Assembly (NCBI GenBank): GCA_950097015.1
Contig: CATNEN010000012.1
Coordinates: 1,860,001-1,924,000, forward strand
Direction: 5' to 3'
Source of the DNA: Macrostomum hystrix
Taxonomy: Eukaryota; Animalia; Platyhelminthes
Length of the DNA stretch: 64,000 nucleotides
A program made the translations under genes and the position numbers. Each line of letters begins with the position of its first letter. The first letter of the stretch is position 1. The notes under the pieces were generated by a model. That model was not told the DNA's origin, searched no databases, and worked only from the letters and a program-made list of their open reading frames with translations. Positions 50,732 to 63,000 of this stretch are shown piece after piece.

Positions 50732-51740
50732 TGACAACCCGATTGATTTGTTTCGCATTGTTTTTTTTCTGTTTCAACTTTTCATACCGTCCGTGTGTTT
50801 AGTTCGTCTTGAAACGCCTTTTTTGTAAAGATCTCACATGTCTACACATATAACAGACTCTATAGTAGGTCTAGATAATAACTAGGCTGCTATTCACTGC
50901 ATGTCCCTAAGCACTCCACCCAAATCACTATATACAATCTACGTTTGTGCTACTGCTCCCTCCAGCTTATATTTTATCTTGCCGCCGAGTTTGCACTAAA
51001 TGTAAACTCAACTGTGTTGAATATGTTTAATTCAGTTGAGCTATCTGTCTTCCAGCTATTTATTAATAGTTAAATTTTGATTTTTATCAACTAAATTATG
51101 TCTTCCATGACTAGCCGTGGCTTCATATTTTCTCCACTTAAGATACAATATATTTATCTTGCTTACAATAAACCAGCTCTGTCCGTCCATTTATTGGACT
51201 CTTTCTAATCTATATTTATTATACAAACTTTACATTATTATACTTAAAAGGCCTGTGTTTCAAGCATATAATTCACATCTTGATAACTTTTTCAATATAC
51301 TACTCGATATAACAATAGTGCACTTAACACCATTGGACCATTTTAAAAAAGTCAATACTTCTCTGTTTTACTTTCTTTCAGGCGAGGCCTGTCTGAGTAC
51401 AGATTTTTTAAAATGCTAAGCTGTTTAAAATTCACCTGCTGGATTAGAGATTTAGCCACAGGATTACAATGACTATTAAAGTAGGGCTAAAGGATTATCA
51501 AGATGAAAATGCTGAAAATGCTGCCACTGTATGTCTCAGTCTAGTTATCGTGTACAAGCAGATGTCCAATGAAGTATCTTGAACCAACAATTTGGAGCAT
51601 CCTAACACAAGAATTTCAAAGGCCGATTGGCACTACCAAAAATGGTACTGAAATGCATCGTTGCTATTTTGCCTCTCTAAGCTGGTTTCTCTCTAGAAAT
51701 GCCAATTTTATATCGCTCTCGTGATACACTCTCTAAGCAA

Positions 51741-51820
51741 GGTAGCGTGGCCGAGCGGTCTAAGGCGCTGGTTTAAGGCACCAGTCCGAAAGGGCGTGGG
51801 TTCGAATCCCACCGCTGCCA
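51741..51820 (+). tRNA. tRNA-Leu(AAG)
   Basis: GGTAGCG/CGCTGCC acceptor stem, D arm GGCCGAGCGGTCTAAGGC, anticodon stem CTGGT/ACCAG with loop TTAAGGC, long variable arm, T loop GTTCGAATC and discriminator A. A Pol III terminator TTTTT follows at 51826-51830. Confidence 0.96.
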
Positions 51821-53697
51821 AGATCTTTTTGCGTTAGCTGCTTTCAAAACAGAAAATATGATCTAATTAAATTATAATTGTTTTTATAAAATTTTCAAAT
51901 TTCGTAAGTGTCCTTTCCGTTTGCTTACCAAAAGAGCTTATAAAAAATTCGAATAAATTTTTGGACTTTTTCGCAACATATCGGCGAGTAGGATTATACA
52001 CTAGTGGCCGGTTACATACTCCCTTATGGCTGTCAATGAAACACATGTTTGCTTCTTAGGCTCACATCTTTAGTCAATACATTTCAAAATATAAAATAAA
52101 TCCTAATAAACCCAATATAATATAAAATTAGTGAAAGACTGGGTATCATGCGTTATAAAATAAACTTAATGTTTTATAGTTGTGAATGTAGCTTAAGTGA
52201 AGTGCTACTTTGAAACTGAATGATAAAAATGTATTATAGAACAGACAGACATTAAACATTCTGCAAGTTAGAATGACTCTCAGACGAGAAACATTATGCG
52301 AATCGCGATTTGCGAGCCACTATTCTGACGAAAAACAAAAGAAAGCTCAATCTTAGGGATGCCGATAAGCAAAAAAACGATCGAATATACGATCAATAGT
52401 ACTTAGATAGTAAAGTAGTATAAAAGTGTTTTTATTTCCAACTCTACTTAAATATTATTTCTGGTTGTACGCTCGTATGTCTCATCGGCATGCCAACAAT
52501 AGTTAGTATTAGGAGCGATTAAAAGGTGAGAAATACACCGATACACCGATATGTTACTCATAAAGTATAAAGTTTTTCACAATCGCTACTCAGAAATTTA
52601 CTATTTTATCCTCAAAACAATACATCCAAAAAATCAATATACATTTTTCATTTTTAAGCACATTAACAATTATCTACAGTGTCTGTTGCCATTGCCATTA
52701 AAAACGGCGCTTGAGTATATACATTTTAAAGCAAATTAACAGCATAACAAAAGCAAATTAAAACAAAAGTGGCGAAAACTATCAACGGGATTGATATTTA
52801 ATGCTTATTAACTTATTAACAAAAAGTGAAACCAAATTGGATGGATAAAAATCAAGAGCCGGAATTTAAACAAACTAATCCGAGCCATACCTGCCTCTAT
52901 TTAGTCTGCATCGAATCTTAACAAATGCTGATTTACAGTCTACACACAGAGTTTGACTTGCATTGCGAGTTAGCGTTAGTAGAAAAAAATGGTGTCATAA
53001 CACACAGGTACAACTCTCATGTCTGATATAATAAGCACACACTTCAAAACATTTTAATAGCACACAAAATCCATTGATGTGTTTGAATAAAATCGCTAGC
53101 TGCTCGATAAAAGAGAGAGAAGTTTAACAACACCAAATGATAGGCCATTGTTAAGTATAGGTACAACTGGGGACAAATTGCTTCTTAGCTGCACATAACG
53201 GTTGCTTAGTTCGCATTAATTTAGCACATTGCTCGCCAGTTTGTAAAGCAGGTAATTTTTTGTCGTAATTAGAGTACTATACTTGACACAACAGAGATAA
53301 GTAGTATATAGTACAAACTGGTTATAGCAGACAGAAATTGAGATTTGAGCCTGCGATGCACTTAGAGAATTTAATTTGCTTTCTACCTAAATTATTTAAC
53401 ATATATAATTGCTTCCGTTTTAGGAATAACAAATGTGTTCAAATTTCTAAGTAGAACGTGTTAAGCACATTAAATGGGTAGCAATCAGTATAAACCACAT
53501 AGTTATTACCCCTACCATTATTATACATGCCCAATTTTAGTCTATGGTCCCCATTTAGTAACAAAATGATTCGTCGTGTAATCAAACGGTAACTACAGGA
53601 GAAATAGCTCTTCCGTTTCCTGGAAAGCGGAGCTACACGTTGGTTTTGCAGCCTTTATCTTCGTTCTACTTGTCAGCATACTGCTTTCTAATTGTTT

Positions 53698-53772
53698 TAA
53701 TGCTGAAACTGTATCGATCTTGATGCTGAAACTGTATCGATCTTGATGCTGAAACTGTATCGATCTTGATGC
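53698..53772. repeat. 23-bp tandem repeat, three copies, downstream of POLD4
   Basis: Unit atgctgaaactgtatcgatcttg. Confidence 0.85.
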
Positions 53773-53851
53773 TGATCAGTTTTGCAACCAACCAAATTTG
53801 TTACCATGACAACCAGACTGTCGTGACTGAGCAATGAGGAGTAGATTGGAA

Positions 53852-54388
53852 CTACATCAGTCCGGAATAAGCCAGCCAGATGCACTCGGTGAAGAGCGGA
53901 TTGCCGGCGTGTGCCAGCACAAGGCTGCGAACCGCAGGCGGCGGTGCCAGGCCGCGACACGCGGCCCGCTCCCAGCGCTGCAGCCGGCTGACTCCCACGC
54001 AGGGTCCGTATTCCCAATTCAAGTCGAAATCTCTCAGAAGCGCCTGGCACTGTGGTGACATGCTGCCAGGCAGATTTGCAGACACCAAGTTAGTAGTAAA
54101 TGGAAAATTGGAGCTCACCAAGTCTTCGTCTGACAGCTTTGGCACAGTGCTGGCTGTTGAACAGTTGCTGCTAGGATGCTGTTCTTTTTGCTGCTGCTGC
54201 TGATGCTGGCATGTGTGCTCCTGGCAATCCTGCAATGGTAGTCTTTGTCGCTTAGCAGATGCGACAATCACAGGGAACAAGTCAGGGATTTTGTAACAAT
54301 CGCCAGTGCCAGAGCTAGAGATGATGGCTAGCTTGCGCTTTCTAGCAGCAGCAGAGGCAGCAACAGCAGGGAAAAAGAGTTCGTGCAT
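53852..54388 (-). CDS. POLD4: DNA polymerase delta subunit 4 (p12)
   Basis: The C-terminus LLRDFDLNWEYGPCVGVSRLQRWERA..GLAPPPAV..LV..H......CIW is the p12 signature. KIPDLFPVI resembles the N-terminal PIP motif. A probable in-frame 69-nt intron (GTGAGC..CTAAC..CACAG) lies at about 54049-54117. Confidence 0.9.
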   Translation of the reverse strand: MHELFFPAVAASAAARKRKLAIISSSGTGDCYKIPDLFPVIVASAKRQRLPLQDCQEHTCQHQQQQQKEQHPSSNCSTASTVPKLSDEDLVSSNFPFTTNLVSANLPGSMSPQCQALLRDFDLNWEYGPCVGVSRLQRWERAACRGLAPPPAVRSLVLAHAGNPLFTECIWLAYSGLM

Positions 54389-54509
54389 GCTTGAACTCCC
54401 GACTTTCACAGGCTCTGAAAACAATTGTTACTTTATAATAAAAAAGTTGGTTAAGCTAGAAAAAAAGTATTGCAAAAAATTTCTATTTTAGATGAAATGC
54501 CCATTTGAT

Positions 54510-54698
54510 CAGTGGCGGCGCAGGACCTCCAGCTGGGGGGGGGGCGGTGGTTGGGTGGTCACCCCCATGCCCCATGGGGTGACCACACTTTTGAAAAAAT
54601 ATGGTAAAGTACCAATTTTTTTAAGTGGGTGGTCACCCCCTGAGGGTGGTGAGGGGTGGTCACCCGGGGCAGCCCGCCCCCCCCCTGCGCCGCCACTG
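54510..54698. mobile_element. 189-bp non-autonomous hAT-type MITE
   Basis: Perfect 15-bp TIRs CAGTGGCGGCGCAGG / CCTGCGCCGCCACTG, flanked by an identical 8-bp TSD CATTTGAT (54502-54509 and 54699-54706). Confidence 0.93.
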
Positions 54699-55998
54699 CA
54701 TTTGATTCCCAATGTAGTACTGATAACTTGAATGAAAATCATTTTATTAAATTTTGTAGAAAAACTATTTAAAAGTAATTGAAGCAACTGTTGACAGATA
54801 TATTTTTCATTATACTTTTATTTCTTTTCTTTATATTAAAATCAAACTCTCTGTAAAAGAATTCTTGAGTTGCTAGAACATTTAACACATAAATAAGGTA
54901 AAAATGAAGCAATTCATTTTAAGCACTTGTGTATAGTATGTTGTAGAATATTTTTATAACAGTGGGTGAATGAGCATTAAGTCTATGCTAGTTCCTTTAT
55001 ATTATTTGCAAGGTACAGTAAAATGTATTCACTTACTAAAATGCCTTTGGCTTGACAATTGAGTTTTTTAGGCTAAGGCTTTATTATATAGGGTATTCAT
55101 AAGCTTTTAAAGATATAGAAGTAAAAAATTTATTCTAAATTGAAAGTATAGCAAAAAGCATTTGAACATACAGTTACACTTAAATTTATACAATCACAAA
55201 TTTTCTTATTTATGGATATACTTAAATCCAATCAAACTTGTAAAAATTAGTCACAAGCATAATAATTTCTGTTTCCCGAATCCTATTATGACATTTATCC
55301 AATGATTTTTACACTGACAACATATCAAAACAAAATTCAACTAAATATAGTCCTACCAGAAGTTCTAAAATTCCAAAAAGTTTCAATACCATGGAAAATA
55401 AGCAACAATACTCTATAACTAAAAACGAATTATATTAAGCTACAGAAAAAATCTGACCTGCGCAACAACATGTAAGACTTTATTTTATCATTATCGTGTA
55501 CAGTGAGTGATATTAATAATCTAGCGATTAGGAGCCTTTGTTTTTACGAAATTTTAATTATTGCGATTCTTCAAGTTAAAAAAGTACGAATTTTAACGAG
55601 ACCCTAAGTTAAAACAACTTATAGAACAAGCTATACAAATTTTTACTTATCTGCTCATTAATGCGTACACAAAAATTTTATTTCTAAAAAATATGCATCC
55701 AGAAATTAATCTATTTTTATTAATTTGTGAAGAAACTTTTTGCCTCGACACCTATTGAGTCGTAAAACTATCCGGGCTCCGATTGTCAACATGCATTCGC
55801 CATTACTCATGATTTCAAGAATTTCTTCGAACGAGTAGAAAACCGAAGGAAGATCAGATTGTAACTTGCTTCAACGCTCGAACAGAGTATCCTGCGCCAG
55901 CGGCTAGTTTGATTGTCGGGTCACGTGATCCGCGACGAGAGCTACCGCCATCAGCTTATCCTCGACGTCCTGCCTGTTGTTGATCCTTTAGGGTCTTC

Positions 55999-56353
55999 TC
56001 AGACAGCGAAGGCTGCGAAGTGCGACAGAGAAAGTTTCTGCGGTGGAGCAGGCACCGGTGCTGGCTTATGACACGGATTGGCGCTCATGTGCCGCCGGAT
56101 GTCCCAGTAGGAGACACCTTGAAGGTCGCAGGTGAGGCAGGCGAATGGTTTTTTGCCCCAGTGGACCAACAAGTGCTATTTGAGATAATCGTTATCGGCG
56201 AACTCCCTAGAGCATAGAGCGCAGGGATTTGACCGGCCATTGTTTGATGATGAAGATCCGCCGACTGTTGAAGCCAGAGTGGTTGTAGCTGCCGGTGCAA
56301 CCGCTGTTGCGGCCATGTCGGAGCCGGATGCCCCACGATCCAGGATTGCTGGA
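55999..56353 (-). pseudogene. Terminal exon with two C2H2 zinc fingers and one in-frame TAG
   Basis: After the acceptor tctccgcAG the frame reads ..NPCALCSREFADNDYLK*HLLVHWGKKPFACLTCDLQGVSYWDIRRHMSANPCH..AV*. The TAG is at 56176-56178. Upstream exons were not resolved. Confidence 0.65.
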
Positions 56354-57049
56354 CTGCGGAGAGCAAATTGATAAGAAAATGCAAGTACTCAAGCAGGCTT
56401 TGCAGTACTGGTACAGAGCAGTGATGTAAAATAAGTTAGCCATTTTAATGGGTGATCACAATTGTGATTTTGGTACAATCCTGGTAAAATTAGTGTATTA
56501 ACTTCTTAATCGCCTTTTTATTCCCAAATGAACAGATTTCCATCCAGTTTAACCAAGTCTGCCAACAACTATCGAAATCTAATTGAAGCTAGTCTCGTGC
56601 CTTTGACAGTACTCGGCTAGATTTATAATATGTATTTGAAAAGAAAAACAACTCGACAGCACAAAAAAGGCCGAATCAAGTGCCAGCAGGAAATGCACTT
56701 CGAAATTCGAATTATGGTCTGACATGCGTTTGAGTCTGCCAGTGAAAGACATTGAGCGGTCCCGCGGGGCGGAATTGCTCAACAATCGCAGGAAACAAGA
56801 GACCTTAAAAGACTGGGCTCGCTGCAAAGTGACTAAAGCCCAACGACTATTGACGACTAGAGCCAGAGGATCAGCCCTTCAGTGGCTCCTAAGCAAAAGA
56901 CCTGACATCAACTATACAAAATAAGATCAGCTTAGTCAAAGCGAGATCAAGATCAAAGCGACAGTGGTCGCCAATCTTTTATAGCTCACTGGCGAAATAG
57001 AGAACCCAAAAGACGACAGTGGACAGCATGGACTGAGGAGAGATAAGAT

Positions 57050-60000
57050 ACGTCATAGATGAGATGTAGGAGAGATGAGATATAGGACAGATGAGATGTA
57101 GGAGAGATGAGATATAGGACAGATGAGATGTAGGAGAGATGAGATATAGGACAGATGAGATGTAGGAGATGAGATATAGGAGAGATGAGATGTAGGAGAG
57201 ATGTGAATGTTGGAGAGATGAGACACGGGCAGAGTTAAGAGGTAGGAGAGATGAGACACGGGCAGAGTTAAGAGGTAGGAGAGATGAGACACGGGAAGAG
57301 TTAAGAGGTAGGAGAGATGAGACACGGGAAGAGTTAAGAGGTAGGAGAGATGAGACACGGAGAGAGTTAAGAGGTAGGAGAGATGAGACACGGGGAGGTT
57401 TGATACGTTGGAGAGATGAGACACGGGAGAGATGAGACACGGGAGAGTTGAGACACGGGGAGAGATGAGACACGGGGAGAGATGAGACGTAGGAGAGATG
57501 AGACGTAGGAGAGATGAGACGTAGGAGAGATGAGACACGGGGAGAGATGAGACGTAGGAGAGATGAGACGTAGGAGAGATGAGACGTAGGAGAGATGAGA
57601 CGTAGGAGAGATGAGACGTAGGAGAGATGAGACACGGGGAGAGATGAGACGTAGGAGAGATGAGACGTAGGAGAGATGAGACACGGGGAGAGATGAGACG
57701 TAGGAGAGATGAGACGTAGGAGAGATGAGACGTAGGAGAGATGAGACGTAGGAGAGATGAGACGTAGGAGAGATGAGACGTAGGAGAGATGAGACGTAGG
57801 AGAGATGAGACGTAGGAGAGATGAGACACGGGGAGAGATGAGACGTAGGAGAGATGAGACACGGGCAGAGTTAAGAGGTAGGAGAGATGAGACACGGGAA
57901 GAGTTAAGAGGTAGGAGAGATGAGACACGGAGAGAGTTAAGAGGTAGGAGAGATGAGACACGGGAAGAGTTAAGAGGTAGGAGAGATGAGACACGGGGAG
58001 GTTTGATACGTTGGAGAGATGAGACACGGGAGAGATGAGACACGGGAGAGTTGAGACACGGGGAGAGATGAGACACGGGGAGAGATGAGACGTAGGAGAG
58101 ATGAGACGTAGGAGAGATGAGACGTAGGAGAGATGAGACGTAGGAGAGATGAGACGTAGGAGAGATGAGACGTAGGAGAGATGAGACACGGGGAGAGATG
58201 AGACGTAGGAGAGATGAGACACGGGCAGAGTTAAGAGGTAGGAGAGATGAGACACGGGAAGAGTTAAGAGGTAGGAGAGATGAGACACGGAGAGAGTTAA
58301 GAGGTAGGAGAGATGAGACACGGGAAGAGTTAAGAGGTAGGAGAGATGAGACACGGGGAGGTTTGATACGTTGGAGAGATGAGACACGGGAGAGATGAGA
58401 CACGGGAGAGTTGAGACACGGGGAGAGATGAGACACGGGGAGAGATGAGACGTAGGAGAGATGAGACGTAGGAGAGATGAGACGTAGGAGAGATGAGACT
58501 GAGGAGAGATGAGACGTAGGAGAGATGAGACGTAGGAGAGATGAGACGTAGGAGAGATGAGACGTAGGAGAGATGAGACGTAGGAGAGATGAGACGTAGG
58601 AGAGACGAGACTGAGGAGAGATGAGACACGGGAGAGACGAGACTGAGGAGAGATGAGACACGGGAGAGACGAGACTGAGGAGAGATGAGACACGGGAGAG
58701 ACGAGACAGCGGAGAGATGAGACACGGGAGAGACGAGACTGAGGAGAGATGAGACAGCGGAGAGATGAGACACGGGAGAGACGAGACTGAGGAGAGATGA
58801 GACAGCGGAGAGATGAGACACGGGAGAGATGAGACACGGGAGAGTTGAGACACGGGGAGAGAGGAGAGATGAGACACGGGGAGAGATGAGACGTAGGAGA
58901 GATGAGACGTAGGAGAGATGAGACTTTCTTAGTTGAGCCAATCCAATAGCGCTTGGCAACGGCTTTCTAAGACACCATCGGGCGATCTTCGTCACCTATG
59001 AGACGCTTGTCCGGATCCTAATGCTCAAGGCCGGGTTGGATATGCCAACGATGCCATCGCACTGACGAACTAATATCATTGTCCAATTGACGAGTGTGTT
59101 AACACCGAAGATTCGAAAATAATCATGCCTCGAATATTTAGACGAGAATGAGTCTCAAAAGCCTCTCGAAAGGTACACCGTGCATTCTCATTTTAAGCGC
59201 TGTTGATAGTCTCCTCCGCCTGAGAATACAAAACGAACACTGCTTTTAGTGAGGTATTGGTAAAAAATTGTTCTGTAGGAGAGATGAGACGTAGGAGAGA
59301 TGAGACGTAGGAGAGATGAGACGTAGGAGAGATGAGACACGGGGAGAGATGAGACGTAGGAGAGATGAGACACGGGCAGAGTTAAGAGGTAGGAGAGATG
59401 AGACACGGGAAGAGTTAAGAGGTAGGAGAGATGAGACACGGAGAGAGTTAAGAGGTAGGAGAGATGAGACACGGGAAGAGTTAAGAGGTAGGAGAGATGA
59501 GACACGGGGAGGTTTGATACGTTGGAGAGATGAGACACGGGAGAGATGAGACACGGGAGAGTTGAGACACGGGGAGAGATGAGACACGGGGAGAGATGAG
59601 ACGTAGGAGAGATGAGACGTAGGAGAGATGAGACGTAGGAGAGATGAGACGTAGGAGAGATGAGACGTAGGAGAGATGAGACGTAGGAGAGATGAGACAC
59701 GGGGAGAGATGAGACGTAGGAGAGATGAGACACGGGCAGAGTTAAGAGGTAGGAGAGATGAGACACGGGAAGAGTTAAGAGGTAGGAGAGATGAGACACG
59801 GAGAGAGTTAAGAGGTAGGAGAGATGAGACACGGGAAGAGTTAAGAGGTAGGAGAGATGAGACACGGGGAGGTTTGATACGTTGGAGAGATGAGACACGG
59901 GAGAGATGAGACACGGGAGAGTTGAGACACGGGGAGAGATGAGACACGGGGAGAGATGAGACGTAGGAGAGATGAGACGTAGGAGAGATGAGACGTAGGA

Positions 60001-63000
60001 GAGATGAGACTGAGGAGAGATGAGACGTAGGAGAGATGAGACGTAGGAGAGATGAGACGTAGGAGAGATGAGACGTAGGAGAGATGAGACGTAGGAGAGA
60101 TGAGACGTAGGAGAGACGAGACTGAGGAGAGATGAGACACGGGAGAGACGAGACTGAGGAGAGATGAGACACGGGAGAGACGAGACTGAGGAGAGATGAG
60201 ACACGGGAGAGACGAGACAGCGGAGAGATGAGACACGGGAGAGACGAGACTGAGGAGAGATGAGACAGCGGAGAGATGAGACACGGGAGAGACGAGACTG
60301 AGGAGAGATGAGACAGCGGAGAGATGAGACACGGGAGAGATGAGACACGGGAGAGTTGAGACACGGGGAGAGAGGAGAGATGAGACACGGGGAGAGATGA
60401 GACGTAGGAGAGATGAGACGTAGGAGAGATGAGACTTTCTTAGTTGAGCCAATCCAATAGCGCTTGGCAACGGCTTTCTAAGACACCATCGGGCGATCTT
60501 CGTCACCTATGAGACGCTTGTCCGGATCCTAATGCTCAAGGCCGGGTTGGATATGCCAACGATGCCATCGCACTGACGAACTAATATCATTGTCCAATTG
60601 ACGAGTGTGTTAACACCGAAGATTCGAAAATAATCATGCCTCGAATATTTAGACGAGAATGAGTCTCAAAAGCCTCTCGAAAGGTACACCGTGCATTCTC
60701 ATTTTAAGCGCTGTTGATAGTCTCCTCCGCCTGAGAATACAAAACGAACACTGCTTTTAGTGAGGTATTGGTAAAAAATTGTTCTGTAGGAGAGATGAGA
60801 CGTAGGAGAGATGAGACGTAGGAGAGATGAGACGTAGGAGAGATGAGACACGGGGAGAGATGAGACGTAGGAGAGATGAGACACGGGCAGAGTTAAGAGG
60901 TAGGAGAGATGAGACACGGGAAGAGTTAAGAGGTAGGAGAGATGAGACACGGAGAGAGTTAAGAGGTAGGAGAGATGAGACACGGGAAGAGTTAAGAGGT
61001 AGGAGAGATGAGACACGGGGAGGTTTGATACGTTGGAGAGATGAGACACGGGAGAGATGAGACACGGGAGAGTTGAGACACGGGGAGAGATGAGACACGG
61101 GGAGAGATGAGACGTAGGAGAGATGAGACGTAGGAGAGATGAGACGTAGGAGAGATGAGACGTAGGAGAGATGAGACGTAGGAGAGATGAGACGTAGGAG
61201 AGATGAGACACGGGGAGAGATGAGACGTAGGAGAGATGAGACACGGGCAGAGTTAAGAGGTAGGAGAGATGAGACACGGGAAGAGTTAAGAGGTAGGAGA
61301 GATGAGACACGGAGAGAGTTAAGAGGTAGGAGAGATGAGACACGGGAAGAGTTAAGAGGTAGGAGAGATGAGACACGGGGAGGTTTGATACGTTGGAGAG
61401 ATGAGACACGGGAGAGATGAGACACGGGAGAGTTGAGACACGGGGAGAGATGAGACACGGGGAGAGATGAGACGTAGGAGAGATGAGACGTAGGAGAGAT
61501 GAGACGTAGGAGAGATGAGACTGAGGAGAGATGAGACGTAGGAGAGATGAGACGTAGGAGAGATGAGACGTAGGAGAGATGAGACGTAGGAGAGATGAGA
61601 CGTAGGAGAGATGAGACGTAGGAGAGACGAGACTGAGGAGAGATGAGACACGGGAGAGACGAGACTGAGGAGAGATGAGACACGGGAGAGACGAGACTGA
61701 GGAGAGATGAGACACGGGAGAGACGAGACAGCGGAGAGATGAGACACGGGAGAGACGAGACTGAGGAGAGATGAGACAGCGGAGAGATGAGACACGGGAG
61801 AGACGAGACTGAGGAGAGATGAGACAGCGGAGAGATGAGACACGGGAGAGATGAGACACGGGAGAGTTGAGACACGGGGAGAGAGGAGAGATGAGACACG
61901 GGGAGAGATGAGACGTAGGAGAGATGAGACGTAGGAGAGATGAGACTTTCTTAGTTGAGCCAATCCAATAGCGCTTGGCAACGGCTTTCTAAGACACCAT
62001 CGGGCGATCTTCGTCACCTATGAGACGCTTGTCCGGATCCTAATGCTCAAGGCCGGGTTGGATATGCCAACGATGCCATCGCACTGACGAACTAATATCA
62101 TTGTCCAATTGACGAGTGTGTTAACACCGAAGATTCGAAAATAATCATGCCTCGAATATTTAGACGAGAATGAGTCTCAAAAGCCTCTCGAAAGGTACAC
62201 CGTGCATTCTCATTTTAAGCGCTGTTGATAGTCTCCTCCGCCTGAGAATACAAAACGAACACTGCTTTTAGTGAGGTATTGGTAAAAAATTGTTCTGTAG
62301 GAGAGATGAGACGTAGGAGAGATGAGACGTAGGAGAGATGAGACGTAGGAGAGATGAGACACGGGGAGAGATGAGACGTAGGAGAGATGAGACACGGGCA
62401 GAGTTAAGAGGTAGGAGAGATGAGACACGGGAAGAGTTAAGAGGTAGGAGAGATGAGACACGGAGAGAGTTAAGAGGTAGGAGAGATGAGACACGGGAAG
62501 AGTTAAGAGGTAGGAGAGATGAGACACGGGGAGGTTTGATACGTTGGAGAGATGAGACACGGGAGAGATGAGACACGGGAGAGTTGAGACACGGGGAGAG
62601 ATGAGACACGGGGAGAGATGAGACGTAGGAGAGATGAGACGTAGGAGAGATGAGACGTAGGAGAGATGAGACGTAGGAGAGATGAGACGTAGGAGAGATG
62701 AGACGTAGGAGAGATGAGACACGGGGAGAGATGAGACGTAGGAGAGATGAGACACGGGCAGAGTTAAGAGGTAGGAGAGATGAGACACGGGAAGAGTTAA
62801 GAGGTAGGAGAGATGAGACACGGAGAGAGTTAAGAGGTAGGAGAGATGAGACACGGGAAGAGTTAAGAGGTAGGAGAGATGAGACACGGGGAGGTTTGAT
62901 ACGTTGGAGAGATGAGACACGGGAGAGATGAGACACGGGAGAGTTGAGACACGGGGAGAGATGAGACACGGGGAGAGATGAGACGTAGGAGAGATGAGAC

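Noticed and set aside
56724-59275. Possible non-LTR retrotransposon remnant (ORF 56724-56924; CQRCH in the satellite spacer)
   Set aside because: There is only a vague resemblance. No RT, complete zinc-knuckle or endonuclease motif could be aligned, and the frames are broken by stops.
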